A stretch of 64,000 nt of DNA from Paracoccaceae bacterium (GCA_020832655.1 JAFIEF010000013.1:4316-68315); one strand, 5' to 3'. Positions 1 through 10,564 are shown, counted from the stretch's first letter. Numbers and translations: made by a program. The notes: generated by a model from the sequence alone, not told the origin.

Positions 1-2
1 TG

Positions 3-671
3 GTGGCCGAAGCGCGCGCAATGGTACGCAGCGCGCATGATGTCACCAGGGCCGTGGCCGAGGCTGCGGAAAATGATCTGCCGGCGATCATGGAAGATAT
101 CCGCGAAGCCACAGCCGAGATTCGCGGCGTGGTCACGCTTGTCGGGGCGGATCTGTCGCAGGCTTCTGGCCGCGTGGACGAGGTCGCGGATGCCGGGCTT
201 CACGCGCTGGGGCAGGTGACACGGACATTCGCCAATGCCAATGACACGCTGGATGCGATCAACCGTGCGCTGGCTGTGGGGGAAAACACCCTGCAAGCCG
301 CCGAACGCGCCTTTGACGGGGCCGACCGCGTGATCAACGAGGAAATCGGCCAGATCACCGAGGATTTGCGCGATGTGCTGGGGCGGCTGGGGCGCGCTGT
401 CGATGCGGTTTCGGATGACATCCCGGCAATCTCGGCGGATCTGCGCCGCACTGCCGACAGCGCCGCGCGCGCCTTTGATGATCTGGGCGCGATCATTCGT
501 GACAGCGGTGGACCAGTGCGCGACTTTACCAGCACGGGGCTGCCGCAATTCACCCGTCTGGCACGCGAAACCCGCGGGCTGATTGCCAATCTTGACCGCT
601 TGACGCGCCAGATCGAAAGCAACCCGGCGGGGTTTCTGCTTGACCGCCAGACACCGGAGTTCAGAAGATGA
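3..671 (+). CDS. MCE/MlaD (PqiB-like) family protein, C-terminal helical part; 5' end lies outside the window
   Basis: Open frame from the window edge with long amphipathic helical repeats, ending IESNPAGFLL as Mce-family proteins typically do; overlaps the downstream PqiC-type lipoprotein by 4 nt. Confidence 0.8.
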   Translation: MAEARAMVRSAHDVTRAVAEAAENDLPAIMEDIREATAEIRGVVTLVGADLSQASGRVDEVADAGLHALGQVTRTFANANDTLDAINRALAVGENTLQAAERAFDGADRVINEEIGQITEDLRDVLGRLGRAVDAVSDDIPAISADLRRTADSAARAFDDLGAIIRDSGGPVRDFTSTGLPQFTRLARETRGLIANLDRLTRQIESNPAGFLLDRQTPEFRR

Positions 672-1309
672 GTGTTTCACGTCGGAATTTCGTCACCGCA
701 GGGGCCGCGTTCGGGCTGTTGTCGGGCTGTGGCGCATTAACCGCATTCGGGGATGCGACAACGCCGCTGGACAGCTATGAACTGCGCGCCCCGCGCGAGA
801 TTCCACAAGCCGGGCGGATGCTGTCGCGCAGCCTGAGCGTGGAACTGCCAAGCACATCGGGCGCGCTGGATACGGATCGCATCATGATCCGGCCCAATGC
901 GGTGCAGTCGCTCTACCTGCCCGCTGCACGCTGGGCCGACAAGGCCCCGCATATGATGCAGACGCTGATGTTGCGCGCGTTTGAAGATACTGGCGCGCTG
1001 GCCTATGTCGGGCGCCGTCCGCTGGGCGGGTCGGGTGATTTCGCGCTGGTCAGCGAAATCACCGATTTTCAGGCCGAGCTGGTGCCAGAGGGCCGCGCCG
1101 CCACCACCCGTATCCGCCTGACCGCGCGGATGGTGCGCGAAAGTGATGCGCGGGTGCTGGCGCGGCGCGTATTTTCCGTGCAAGGGCCGGAAGCCCCCAC
1201 GCAAACGCTTGCACTGATCGAAAGCTTCAACGCAGCATCGGATCGCGTTCTGGAAGATGTCGTGCGCTGGGGACTTTCCGTGATCGGGCTGCGCCTGCCC
1301 TCTGCCTGA
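668..1309 (+). CDS. ABC-type transport auxiliary lipoprotein (PqiC-like)
   Basis: Lipobox LLSGC, RWAD motif, position directly after the Mce gene. Confidence 0.85.
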   Translation: MSVSRRNFVTAGAAFGLLSGCGALTAFGDATTPLDSYELRAPREIPQAGRMLSRSLSVELPSTSGALDTDRIMIRPNAVQSLYLPAARWADKAPHMMQTLMLRAFEDTGALAYVGRRPLGGSGDFALVSEITDFQAELVPEGRAATTRIRLTARMVRESDARVLARRVFSVQGPEAPTQTLALIESFNAASDRVLEDVVRWGLSVIGLRLPSA

Positions 1310-1383
1310 CGCAGAAACGCGCTTGTCATTTGCGCGCCTTGCGGGGTGTCTGCCGGGTGTAAGTCATACTTAGAGGATTTGTT

Positions 1384-1962
1384 TTGCTGCGCTCTCTTTA
1401 CGACTGGACATTGTCGCTGGCGCGGCACCCGCATGCGCTTTGGGCCTTGGCCTTTGTGGCGTTTCTGGAAAGCTCTGTCTTTCCGATCCCGCCTGATGTG
1501 CTGATGATCGCGATGATCGTTGCGCAGCCCTCGCGTGCTTTCGTGATCGCGGGCGTGGCGACGCTGGCCTCGGTGGCGGGGGGCATGGCGGGGTATTTCA
1601 TCGGCTATGGCGCGTTTGAAACGCTGGGCCGCCCGGTGCTGGAATTCTACGGCAAGGACGCCTATTTCGCCGAGTTTCAGACGCGCTATAATGAATGGGG
1701 CGCATGGGCGGTGCTGATCGCAGGTGTGACGCCCTTCCCCTACAAGGTCATCACCATCCTGTCAGGTGCCACCGCGCTGTCCTTGCCTGTTTTCATCGCC
1801 GCCTCGATCATCGCGCGCGCGTTGCGGTTTTTCATCGTTGCCGCGCTGTTGTGGAAATTCGGCGCACCAATCCGTGATTTCATAGAGCGCCGTTTGGGCT
1901 TGATGTTCACGCTGTTCATGGCATTGCTGCTGGGTGGGTTTCTGGCTGTGAGGTATCTGTGA
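1384..1962 (+). CDS. YqaA/DedA (SNARE-associated) family membrane protein
   Basis: FLESSVFPIPPD and TPFPYKV motifs; TTG start with GAGGA upstream. Confidence 0.9.
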   Translation: MLRSLYDWTLSLARHPHALWALAFVAFLESSVFPIPPDVLMIAMIVAQPSRAFVIAGVATLASVAGGMAGYFIGYGAFETLGRPVLEFYGKDAYFAEFQTRYNEWGAWAVLIAGVTPFPYKVITILSGATALSLPVFIAASIIARALRFFIVAALLWKFGAPIRDFIERRLGLMFTLFMALLLGGFLAVRYL

Positions 1963-2423
1963 TCAATCGACGATCCGTGCAGTTTCTGGCGCTTGCGGGG
2001 TCAGCGGGGCTGTTGCTGGGGGCGCTGGCGTTTCAGTATATCGGCGGCATGGCGCCTTGTCCGCTTTGCATCTGGCAGCGCTGGCCGCATGTGGTCGCGC
2101 TGGCCGGCGTCGGTGCGTTTTTCCTGCCAGGGCTGATCTGGCCCCTGATCGGGGCGATGGGCGCGTCGGGGTCAGGCGTGTTGGGGGTGTATCACACTGG
2201 CGTTGAACGCGGCTGGTGGGACGGGCCGTCCTCTTGCGCGGCCGGTGGGGATATCAGCGGCATGAGCGCCGAAGAGCTGCTGGCGCAGATCATGGGGGCG
2301 CCGGTGGTGCGCTGTGACGAGGTGCCCTGGGAAATGTTCGGCCTGTCAATGGCAAGCTGGAACGCGGTTTTTTCCTTCGGCATTGCCGGGTTGTGGCTGG
2401 TCAGCCTGAAGCTGCGTCGCTGA
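1959..2423 (+). CDS. dsbB: Disulfide bond formation protein DsbB family
   Basis: PCPLCIWQRWP motif, second Cys pair, transmembrane segments. Confidence 0.88.
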   Translation: MINRRSVQFLALAGSAGLLLGALAFQYIGGMAPCPLCIWQRWPHVVALAGVGAFFLPGLIWPLIGAMGASGSGVLGVYHTGVERGWWDGPSSCAAGGDISGMSAEELLAQIMGAPVVRCDEVPWEMFGLSMASWNAVFSFGIAGLWLVSLKLRR

Positions 2424-2424
2424 A

Positions 2425-2496
2425 GCCCCTGCCCCCCGCGCGGGCTGTGTGCCCACCCACCCACCCTTGCACCCAACCCGCGCGGGGGACAGGGGC
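2425..2496. repeat. Hairpin element A: 20-bp stem (1 mismatch) around a (CCCA)3CCC loop, which reads as a G-quadruplex motif on the minus strand
   Basis: Arms 2425-2444 gcccctgccccccgcgcggg and 2477-2496 cccgcgcgggggacaggggc; core cccacccacccaccc at 2452-2466; lies between convergent dsbB and pepN. Confidence 0.9.
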
Positions 2497-2500
2497 GGCA

Positions 2501-5062
2501 CTACCCCAGCATCCGCGCGACCATCTCGCCCATATCGCGGCTCAGCGCGTCATGGCTTTCGATACGGCGCAATTCTGCCTGCATCAGCGCCTGGCGGTTC
2601 GCATCATAGCGTGTCCAGGTTTCGAACATGGTGGCCGTGCGCGCCGCGGCTTGCGGGTTGACCCCGTCCAGCCGGATCAGCCATTCCGCCGCCAGCCGAT
2701 AGCCTGCCCCGCCAGGGTCGTGGAACCCCGCCGGGTTGGCCCCCAGCGCCCCGATCACCGCGCGGAAGCGGTTGGGGTTGCGCCAGTTGAAATCGGGGTG
2801 TCGGGTCAACTCTGTCGTCAGCGCCACGGCGTGGTCGGGCGCGGCCAGGCTGATCTGCATGGCAAACCATTTATCCATCACCAGCCGGTCGGCTGACCAG
2901 CGCCGATAGAAGGCGCGGGTTTGCGCGGCCCCGTCGCCGATGGTCAGCAGCGCTGCCCATGCGCCCAGTTGTTCGGTCATGTTGTCGGCGCGCGCGAACA
3001 GGGCTGCGGCCTGCGCGCCGCCCTGATGATGGGCCAGCAGCGCCAGCGCCTGAAGCCGCAAGGCGCGCCGCCCGGCTGCTTCGGCATCGGGGCTGAACGG
3101 GCCGGGGGTGTCCATCTGGTCGATGATCTGCCCAAGTTCCGCCGCCAACCCTTCGGCAATGGCGCGGGTGACGCGCGCCCGCGCATGATAGATCGCCACC
3201 GGGTCGGGGGTATGGCCCGCCTCATTCAGGCTGGCGGCAAGGTCATCCTGTGACGGCAGGCGCAGCACCAGCGCGCGAAAGGCCGGGTCCAGCACGTCAT
3301 CGACCAGCACGCGCCCCAGCGCCGCGATATAGGCCGGGTCGGGCGCGGCATCTTGCAAAACTACATCATGCAGCACCGCGCGCGCCAGGGCGCGCCCGGC
3401 CTCGAAGCGGTTGAAGGGGTCCGTGTCATGCGCCAGAGCCAATGCGCGGTCCTGCGCTTTCAACCTGTGTTCCAGGATCACGGGTGCGGAAAAACCGCGC
3501 AGGATCGAGGGTACGGGCCGCGCCGCCAGATTGTCGAAACTGACGCTGAGGCTCGGGCCGTCAAGTTCCAGCACCTGTGTCGGCGCGACTTCCTGCCCGT
3601 CCGGCCCGATCAGCCCCAGCGCCACCGGGATCAGCAGCGGTTCCTTCAGCGGCTGGCCGGGGGTGGGGTCGGTGCGCTGGGTCAGATGCAGCGTATAGCG
3701 CCCCTCGGCCCAGTCTTCGGTGACGGTGACAACCGGGGTTCCGGCTTGTTCATACCAGCGCTTGAACTGCGACAGGTCGCGGCCTGCGGCTTCTTCGAAC
3801 ACGGCAATCCAGTCCTCGATGGTGCAGGCCTGCCCGTCATGGCGCGCGAAATACAGATCCAGCGCCGCGCGATAGCGATCCTCGCCCACCAGAAGATGCA
3901 GCATGCGGATCAGTTCCGCGCCCTTTTCATAGACTGTGGCGGTGTAGAAATTGTTGATCTCGACATAGCTTTCGGGCCGGACCGGATGCGCCAGCGGGCC
4001 GCCATCCTCGCGGAACTGGCGCGCGCGCAGCGTCAGCACATCCTCGATGCGTTTGACCGCATGGCTGCGCATGTCGCCCATGAATTGCTGGTCGCGATAG
4101 ACCGTCAGCCCTTCCTTCAGCGACAGCTGGAACCAGTCGCGGCAGGTGATGCGGTTGCCGGTCCAGTTATGGAAATACTCATGCGCGATGATGCGCTCAA
4201 TGCTGGCATAATCGCCATCGGTCGCGGTTTCGGGCGAGGCCAGCACATAGCGCGCATTGAAGATGTTCAGCCCCTTGTTTTCCATCGCGCCCATGTTGAA
4301 ATCATCGACCGCGACAATGTTGAACACATCCAGATCATAGGCGCGGCCATAGACCTGTTCATCCCACGCCATTGACCGTTTCAGCGCATCCATCGCGAAA
4401 CCGGTCTTGTCCTCATCGCCGTGCCTGACCCAGATATTGAGCGCGACCTCGCGCCCCTCGCAGGTGGTGAAGCGGTCGGTGGTGGCGACCAGATCGCCGG
4501 CGACCAGCGCAAACAGATAGCTGGGCTTGGGGTGTGGGTCGGTCCATTCGGCCCAGCCCGGCCCGCGGCCGGTGGGGTTGCCGTTTGACAAGAGCACCGG
4601 CAGGTCGGATTCGATGCGCACATGAAACGGCACCATCACATCGGGGCGGTCGGGATAGAAGGTGATCTTGCGAAAGCCTTCCGCCTCGCATTGGGTGCAA
4701 TACATCCCCCCCGAGGTGTAAAGCCCTTCCAGAGCCGTGTTGATATCGGGCGCGATCTCGACCTCTGCGCGCCACGCGAACCCGCCCTTGGGCAGATCGG
4801 CAGCCGGGATGGTCAGGCCGGTCGCATCAGGACGGGCAGCAATCGGCTGTCCCTCGATGCTGGCGCTGATCAGGCGCAGCCCCTCGCCATCAAGGCGCAG
4901 ATCATGGCCGGGGGCCGCGTCGGGGTTGGGAATAAAGCGGATTTCCGACAACACCCGAGTGGCACCGGATGACAGCCGGAAGGTCAGGCGCACATCGCTG
5001 ACAAGGAAAGGTGGCGGCTGATAGTCGGCCAGATAGACGGGCAGGGGGGCTGTGTCGCGCAT
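2501..5062 (-). CDS. pepN: Aminopeptidase N (M1 family)
   Basis: GAMENKG and HEYFH zinc motifs, VYEKGAE, C-terminal NPNRFRA; start placed at MRDTAP (5062) rather than the ORF-track start 5182. Confidence 0.97.
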   Translation of the reverse strand: MRDTAPLPVYLADYQPPPFLVSDVRLTFRLSSGATRVLSEIRFIPNPDAAPGHDLRLDGEGLRLISASIEGQPIAARPDATGLTIPAADLPKGGFAWRAEVEIAPDINTALEGLYTSGGMYCTQCEAEGFRKITFYPDRPDVMVPFHVRIESDLPVLLSNGNPTGRGPGWAEWTDPHPKPSYLFALVAGDLVATTDRFTTCEGREVALNIWVRHGDEDKTGFAMDALKRSMAWDEQVYGRAYDLDVFNIVAVDDFNMGAMENKGLNIFNARYVLASPETATDGDYASIERIIAHEYFHNWTGNRITCRDWFQLSLKEGLTVYRDQQFMGDMRSHAVKRIEDVLTLRARQFREDGGPLAHPVRPESYVEINNFYTATVYEKGAELIRMLHLLVGEDRYRAALDLYFARHDGQACTIEDWIAVFEEAAGRDLSQFKRWYEQAGTPVVTVTEDWAEGRYTLHLTQRTDPTPGQPLKEPLLIPVALGLIGPDGQEVAPTQVLELDGPSLSVSFDNLAARPVPSILRGFSAPVILEHRLKAQDRALALAHDTDPFNRFEAGRALARAVLHDVVLQDAAPDPAYIAALGRVLVDDVLDPAFRALVLRLPSQDDLAASLNEAGHTPDPVAIYHARARVTRAIAEGLAAELGQIIDQMDTPGPFSPDAEAAGRRALRLQALALLAHHQGGAQAAALFARADNMTEQLGAWAALLTIGDGAAQTRAFYRRWSADRLVMDKWFAMQISLAAPDHAVALTTELTRHPDFNWRNPNRFRAVIGALGANPAGFHDPGGAGYRLAAEWLIRLDGVNPQAAARTATMFETWTRYDANRQALMQAELRRIESHDALSRDMGEMVARMLG

Positions 5063-5278
5063 GACAATACTTTCAAGACCTGTTTGAGGCCGATGTAGCG
5101 CAGTGCGCGGGCGCGTGCAAATCAGCAGGCTGGAAGATGGGCCTGACACGGTGCAGGGCGGCACAAGCCGCTTGAAAACCATGCTTGCGATGGACAGAGT
5201 CGCACAGAATTGTGCTATCGCGGGCTTGTATCTATACCCGCCCGAGCCGATAGGGCAGGATCAGAAGGCAGGGCTTCC

Positions 5279-6364
5279 ATGTCAACACCAATGCCGATGC
5301 GTGCGCAAATCATCGCCTGGGGGGTCGTTGCCCTTGGGCTTCTGGCGTTGCTATGGGTGATGGGTGACGTGCTGCTGCCCTTCGTGACCGGGGCGGCGAT
5401 TGCCTATTTCCTGAACCCGGTGGTGCTGCGGCTGGCCGGGCTTGGCCTGCCGCGCACGCTGGCAGTGGCGCTGTTGATGGTGGCTGTGCTGGGCGCGGTG
5501 GTGGTGGCGGGGCTTCTGATCATGCCGGTGATCATCGGCCAGCTTGTGCAACTGAGCGAAACCGCCCCGACCTTGCTGCGCGACATGCAGGCCTTCCTGA
5601 CCGAGCGCTTCCCGCGGCTGGAGGGGCTGGAAGAACAATTGACCGCCTCGCTTGCGACATTGGGCGAGACGATCCGCGACCGCGGGGGCGATCTGGCACA
5701 AGGGCTTTTGCGCGGGGTGTCGGGGGTGGTCAGCGTGGTGATCTTTCTGATCGTTGCGCCGGTGGTGGCGTTCTATCTGCTGCTGGACTGGCCGCGCGTC
5801 CTGCAAGGGGCCGATGATCTGCTGCCGCGCCAGCATGCCGCGACATTGCGCGATCTGGCCGGGCAGATCGACCGTTCGATTGCCGGTTTCGTGCGCGGGC
5901 AGGTCACGGTGTGCCTGATTCTGGCGGCCTATTACGCCACCGCGCTGGGGCTGGTGGGGCTGCAATTCGGTCTGGCCATCGGGGTGGTGGCGGGGCTGAT
6001 TTCCTTCATCCCCTATATTGGCGCGATTGTGGGGGGCGTGCTGGCGATCGGGGTCGGGCTGTGGCAGTTCTGGGATGCACCGGGAATGATCGCGCTGGTG
6101 GTTGCCATCTTCGCTGTGGGGCAGGTGCTGGAAGGCAATATTCTGGTGCCGCGCATTGTCGGGCATTCGGTGCGGCTGCACCCGGTCTGGCTGCTGTTTG
6201 CGGTGACGGCTTTTGGCAGCCTGTTCGGCTTTACCGGCATGCTGGTCGCGGTGCCGCTGGCCGCCGCGATCGGGGTGCTGGTGCGCTTTGGGCTGGCGCG
6301 GTATCGCGCCAGCGCCCTTTATGGCGGCTCTGGCGCGCAAGCGCCGCGGCGGCGCGAGGACTGA
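5279..6364 (+). CDS. AI-2E (PerM-like) family transporter
   Basis: Multiple TM helices, FIPYIG and GHSVRLHPVW motifs; sits upstream of hdaA as is common; start at MSTPMP. Confidence 0.9.
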   Translation: MSTPMPMRAQIIAWGVVALGLLALLWVMGDVLLPFVTGAAIAYFLNPVVLRLAGLGLPRTLAVALLMVAVLGAVVVAGLLIMPVIIGQLVQLSETAPTLLRDMQAFLTERFPRLEGLEEQLTASLATLGETIRDRGGDLAQGLLRGVSGVVSVVIFLIVAPVVAFYLLLDWPRVLQGADDLLPRQHAATLRDLAGQIDRSIAGFVRGQVTVCLILAAYYATALGLVGLQFGLAIGVVAGLISFIPYIGAIVGGVLAIGVGLWQFWDAPGMIALVVAIFAVGQVLEGNILVPRIVGHSVRLHPVWLLFAVTAFGSLFGFTGMLVAVPLAAAIGVLVRFGLARYRASALYGGSGAQAPRRRED

Positions 6365-6365
6365 C

Positions 6366-7055
6366 ATGGCCCCTGCTGAGCAGTTCCATTTGCCGCTTTC
6401 ACTGCCCGCTTCGTACCGGCGCGGGGATTTTGTCATCGCGCCCTGCAATGCCACGGCGTTTCAGATGGTCCTGCGCCCGGACTGGCCTGCGGGAAAGCTG
6501 GCCCTGACCGGGCCGGAAGGGTCGGGCAAGACGCATCTGCTGCATATCTGGGCCGAGGCGTGTGACGCGGCGCTGCTGCAAGGGGCAGAGGATCTGCTGG
6601 CGGCGGATCTGCCTGCGCTGGGCCAGCGCGGCGGCGTGGCGCTGGACAACGCCCACAGCGTCGCGGGTGGCCCGCAGGCCGAGGCAGCGCTGTTTCATTT
6701 GCACAACCTGCTGGCCGCGCAGGGCGGCAAGCTTTTGCTGGCCGCGCGCGCGCCGGTGCGCGACTGGGGGGTGCATCTGCCGGATCTGGCCTCGCGGCTG
6801 CTGGCGGCCAGCCATGTGCCGCTTCTGGCCCCCGATGACGCGCTGCTGGAGGCCGTGCTGGCCAAGCTGTTTGCGGATCGCCAGATCAGCATCCCCGATA
6901 CGCTGATCCCCTATCTGCTGGCGCGGATGGAGCGGTCGCTGGCCAGCGCGCAGCATCTGGTTGCGCTGCTGGATGCGCAAGCGCTGGCGCGCAAGAAACC
7001 CGTCACCCGCGCGCTGGCCGCCGAGGTGATGCAAGGGCGTCTTGATCTGGACTAG
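6366..7055 (+). CDS. hdaA: HdaA/DnaA-homologous regulatory inactivator (AAA+)
   Basis: N-terminal EQFHLPL beta-clamp-binding motif, Walker A GPEGSGKT, DLASRL, ERS motif. Confidence 0.9.
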   Translation: MAPAEQFHLPLSLPASYRRGDFVIAPCNATAFQMVLRPDWPAGKLALTGPEGSGKTHLLHIWAEACDAALLQGAEDLLAADLPALGQRGGVALDNAHSVAGGPQAEAALFHLHNLLAAQGGKLLLAARAPVRDWGVHLPDLASRLLAASHVPLLAPDDALLEAVLAKLFADRQISIPDTLIPYLLARMERSLASAQHLVALLDAQALARKKPVTRALAAEVMQGRLDLD

Positions 7056-7080
7056 CCGCGCGCCAGACTTACACGCCAAG

Positions 7081-7130
7081 GCGCCCGCGCGCGGCACCCA
7101 CCCGCCCGCCCCTGCACCGCGCGCGGGCGC
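7081..7130. repeat. Hairpin element B: perfect 14-bp stem around a CCCACCCGCCCGCCCC loop (minus-strand G4 motif)
   Basis: Arms 7081-7094 gcgcccgcgcgcgg and 7117-7130 ccgcgcgcgggcgc; C-tracts at 7097-7112. Confidence 0.9.
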
Positions 7131-7264
7131 GCCTGATGCTGACGCATCAGGCAAGGGTGGCCGCGCAGCCCTGCCAAATCGCCACAAAGCCCGTCTGCGC
7201 CCTTGTGCGTGTCCCCCTTGCTGCATACATTCTGAACATTCCCAGTAGTGGTGTGGAGGCGTTC

Positions 7265-8218
7265 TTGAAAAGGTCATTTCTGCCGGTCGTTCTGGCCCTG
7301 ATTTCGGGATTTATCGCCATGCCTGCTGCCAGCGCTGCCTCTGAATTGCGCCAGATCAGGGCAGAGATCATGGTGCTGGAGCGTATCGCGCTGCCCGATG
7401 ACACGATGATCCTTGCCGAGTTGTCGGATATGAATGACAACCCGGTTGCGTCATTGCGCCGCCCAACCGATGGCGCGCAAAGCCCGTTCGCGGTGTCGCT
7501 GGAAGCACCATCCGGGCAGGATCTGATCCTGCGGGCCGGGCTGCGCGGTCTGGATGATGTGCTTTGGCTGGCCGAGCCCGTGATGCTGCCTGCCGGCGAT
7601 GACGATATCGAGCTTGCCGGTCTGCGCGCCCTGCGCACCGAGCGCATGGGCGCTGCGGCCGTGCTGCAATGTGGCAACCAGTTGCTGGAACTTGGCACCC
7701 TGCCTGATGAGTTGCGCCTGCGCTTCAACGAGCAGACATTGCAGCTGACCCAGTCAGAGGCAGCCTCTGGCACGCTTTATGTGGCCCCCGACAACCCCGC
7801 CACCCAGCTTCACATGAAAGGCGATGAGGGCATCTTGCGCATCGACGGGGCGGAACTTGCGCCCTGCCGCCTGATCGCGCCCGAAATAGCATTAAGCGAC
7901 AGCGTCTGGAACGTGACCTCGATCGATGGCAAGGCCACGATCTTCCCTTCGCGGACAGAGCTTGTCTTTTATCCCGATGGTCGCTTCAGCGCGACAGTGG
8001 GCTGCAACCGGCTTATCGGCAGCTATCGTCGTCATGGCGCAGTGCTTAGTATCGGGCGCATGGCCAGCACCATGATGGCCTGCCCTGACGGGTTGCAGCA
8101 GCAGGAACGCCTGTTCACCGATGCGCTGCAACGGGTCGATGGCTACAAGATCGACGCCGAGGCCGGGCGCGTGGTGCTGATGGCGGGCGGTCAGCCGCTG
8201 ATCAGCGCGCGGAAATAG
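7265..8218 (+). CDS. Exported multidomain protein: YbaY-like + MliC-like + META (HslJ) domains
   Basis: TTG start at 7265 after GGAGG, signal peptide; ERIALP (YbaY-like), C...ASGTLY...KG (MliC-like), GCNRLIGSY...STMMAC (META). Confidence 0.75.
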   Translation: MKRSFLPVVLALISGFIAMPAASAASELRQIRAEIMVLERIALPDDTMILAELSDMNDNPVASLRRPTDGAQSPFAVSLEAPSGQDLILRAGLRGLDDVLWLAEPVMLPAGDDDIELAGLRALRTERMGAAAVLQCGNQLLELGTLPDELRLRFNEQTLQLTQSEAASGTLYVAPDNPATQLHMKGDEGILRIDGAELAPCRLIAPEIALSDSVWNVTSIDGKATIFPSRTELVFYPDGRFSATVGCNRLIGSYRRHGAVLSIGRMASTMMACPDGLQQQERLFTDALQRVDGYKIDAEAGRVVLMAGGQPLISARK

Positions 8219-8286
8219 CATTGCCAGCCAGAATGCCCCGGCTGCGCCGTTACAAGATTGACAGAATTCGCGGATACAAGACCTTC

Positions 8287-10479
8287 ATGAGTGCAACACC
8301 ACAACAGCCCCCCAGCGCGGATTTCCTGAACGCGCCTTTCCCTGCGCCCAAGCATCTGGATGGGTTTGACCCGTCCGGTCCGCAGCGCTTCTTCAATCGC
8401 GAATTGTCATGGCTTGCCTTTAACTGGCGGGTGCTGGAAGAGGCGATGAACCCCCGTGTGCCGCTGCTGGAACGGGTACGTTTCCTGTCGATCTCTGCCA
8501 CCAATCTGGATGAATTCTATACCGTGCGCGTGGCCGGTCTGCGGCAATTGGCGATGGCGGGAAATACCACCCCCTCTGATGACGGGCTGACCCCGGCAGA
8601 GCAGTTGCTGCTGATCAACGAAGATGCGCGCAAGCTGATGGATTACCAGCAAGAGGTCTGGGCGCATCTGCGCCCTGCCTTGCATGCGTCCGGCATCACC
8701 ATCCTGACGCGCGATGACATGACCGATGCGGATCGTGCCGCCGCTTCGGCCTATTTTCTGGAAAACGTGTTTCCGGTGCTGTCCCCGCTTGCGATTGACC
8801 CGGCGCATCCGTTTCCGTTCATTCCCAATGCCGGGTTCTCTCTGGCGATGGAATTGCGCGACCAGCATGGGCGCAAGCTGGATGCGCTGGTTCCGATTCC
8901 CGGCCAGATTGACCGTTTCCTGCGTCTGCCGGGCGATCCCATTCGCATGCTGCCGCTGGAGGAGCTGATCCTGGCAGAAATGGACTGCCTGTTTCCCGGC
9001 TACCGCCTGCTGGGATCATGCACCTTCTCGGTTTTGCGCGACAGCGATCTGGAGGTCGAGGAAGAGGCCGAGGATCTGGTGCGCGAATTCGAGGTGGCGC
9101 TGAAGCGCCGCCGCCGCGGCGAGGTGGTGCGGATGAAGATTTCCGCAAGCGCGCCGCGCGATCTGCGCGAACTGGTGATGGAAGAACTGGGCGTGGCCGA
9201 GGAAGATGTCATCGAGGTGCAGGGCATCATGGGCATCTCGACCCTGAAGGAACTGGTGCTTGACGACCGCGCCGACCTGCTTTGGGCAGGGTTTACCCCG
9301 CGTGTGCCCGAACGTGTGCAGGATCATGGCGGCGACATGTTCGCGGCGATCCGACAGAAGGACATGCTGCTGCACCACCCCTATGAAACCTTCGACATGG
9401 TGGTGCGCTTCCTGCAACAGGCGGCGGGCGACCCCGATGTTCTGGCCATCCGCCAGACGCTTTACCGCACTTCGCGCGACAGCCCGATCGTGGCGGCACT
9501 GTGCGAAGCCGCAGAGGCCGGGAAATCCGTGACCGCATTGGTCGAGTTGAAGGCCCGCTTTGACGAGGCCGCGAATATCCGCCAGTCGCGCAGGCTGGAA
9601 CGCTCTGGCGCGCATGTGGTCTATGGCTTTGTCAATTACAAGACCCATGCCAAGATCAGCACTGTCGTGCGCCGCGAAGGCAACCGGCTGGTCACCTATA
9701 CCCATTGGGGCACAGGCAATTATCACCCGATTACGGCGCGCATCTATACCGATCTGTCGCTCTTTACCTGTGACGCGGCGCTGGGGCGCGATGCGACGCG
9801 GGTGTTCAACTATGTTTCGGGCTATGCCGAACCGGCGGCGCTGGAAAATCTGGCGATCTCGCCGCTGACGCTGAAGCCGCGCCTGCTGGAACTGATCGCG
9901 GCAGAGGCCGCGCATGCCCGCGCCGGGCGGACCGCGCAGATCTGGGGCAAGATGAATTCGATCATCGATTCCGATGTGATCGATGCGCTCTATGAGGCCA
10001 GCCGCGCGGGGGTAGAGATTTCGCTGGTGGTGCGCGGCATTTGCGGGCTGCGCCCCGGCATTGCCGGGTTGTCGGAAAATATCCGCGTGAAATCCATAGT
10101 CGGGCGGTTTCTGGAACATTCGCGCATTGTGTGTTTCGGCAATGGCGCGGGGCTGCCATCTGATCAGGCGCGGGTGTTCTTCAGCTCTGCCGACTGGATG
10201 GGGCGTAATCTGGTGCGCCGGGTGGAAACGCTGGTCGAGGCCGTGAACCCGACCGTCAAGTCACAGATCATGGGTCAGATCATGGCGGCCAATCTGGCCG
10301 ATCAGGCGCAAAGCTGGGTGTTGCAGCCCGATGGCCCGGCGCAGCGTGTCCTGCCATCCGAAGGCGAAGAACGCCGGTTGTTCAACTGTCACCGCTTCTT
10401 CATGGAAAACCCGTCCCTGTCGGGGCGCGGCTCTGCCGGGGCGCAGGATGTGCCCGAATTGATGCATGGGCCGGATTGA
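8287..10479 (+). CDS. ppk: Polyphosphate kinase 1
   Basis: FFNRELSWLAFNWRV, LLHHPYE (phospho-His), ELKARFDE, SADWMGRN. Confidence 0.97.
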   Translation: MSATPQQPPSADFLNAPFPAPKHLDGFDPSGPQRFFNRELSWLAFNWRVLEEAMNPRVPLLERVRFLSISATNLDEFYTVRVAGLRQLAMAGNTTPSDDGLTPAEQLLLINEDARKLMDYQQEVWAHLRPALHASGITILTRDDMTDADRAAASAYFLENVFPVLSPLAIDPAHPFPFIPNAGFSLAMELRDQHGRKLDALVPIPGQIDRFLRLPGDPIRMLPLEELILAEMDCLFPGYRLLGSCTFSVLRDSDLEVEEEAEDLVREFEVALKRRRRGEVVRMKISASAPRDLRELVMEELGVAEEDVIEVQGIMGISTLKELVLDDRADLLWAGFTPRVPERVQDHGGDMFAAIRQKDMLLHHPYETFDMVVRFLQQAAGDPDVLAIRQTLYRTSRDSPIVAALCEAAEAGKSVTALVELKARFDEAANIRQSRRLERSGAHVVYGFVNYKTHAKISTVVRREGNRLVTYTHWGTGNYHPITARIYTDLSLFTCDAALGRDATRVFNYVSGYAEPAALENLAISPLTLKPRLLELIAAEAAHARAGRTAQIWGKMNSIIDSDVIDALYEASRAGVEISLVVRGICGLRPGIAGLSENIRVKSIVGRFLEHSRIVCFGNGAGLPSDQARVFFSSADWMGRNLVRRVETLVEAVNPTVKSQIMGQIMAANLADQAQSWVLQPDGPAQRVLPSEGEERRLFNCHRFFMENPSLSGRGSAGAQDVPELMHGPD

Positions 10480-10564
10480 TCATGATCGCTTGTTGCCAGA
10501 TCGGGGCGTGTGTTGCAGGGTCTGCCTGAGCGGCTGGAGGCAAGGTTGTGCCGGGTGGCGCAAA

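Noticed and set aside
673-682. TGTTTCACGT resembling half a parS site
   Set aside because: The second half is not palindromic and it lies in the pqiC-like coding start
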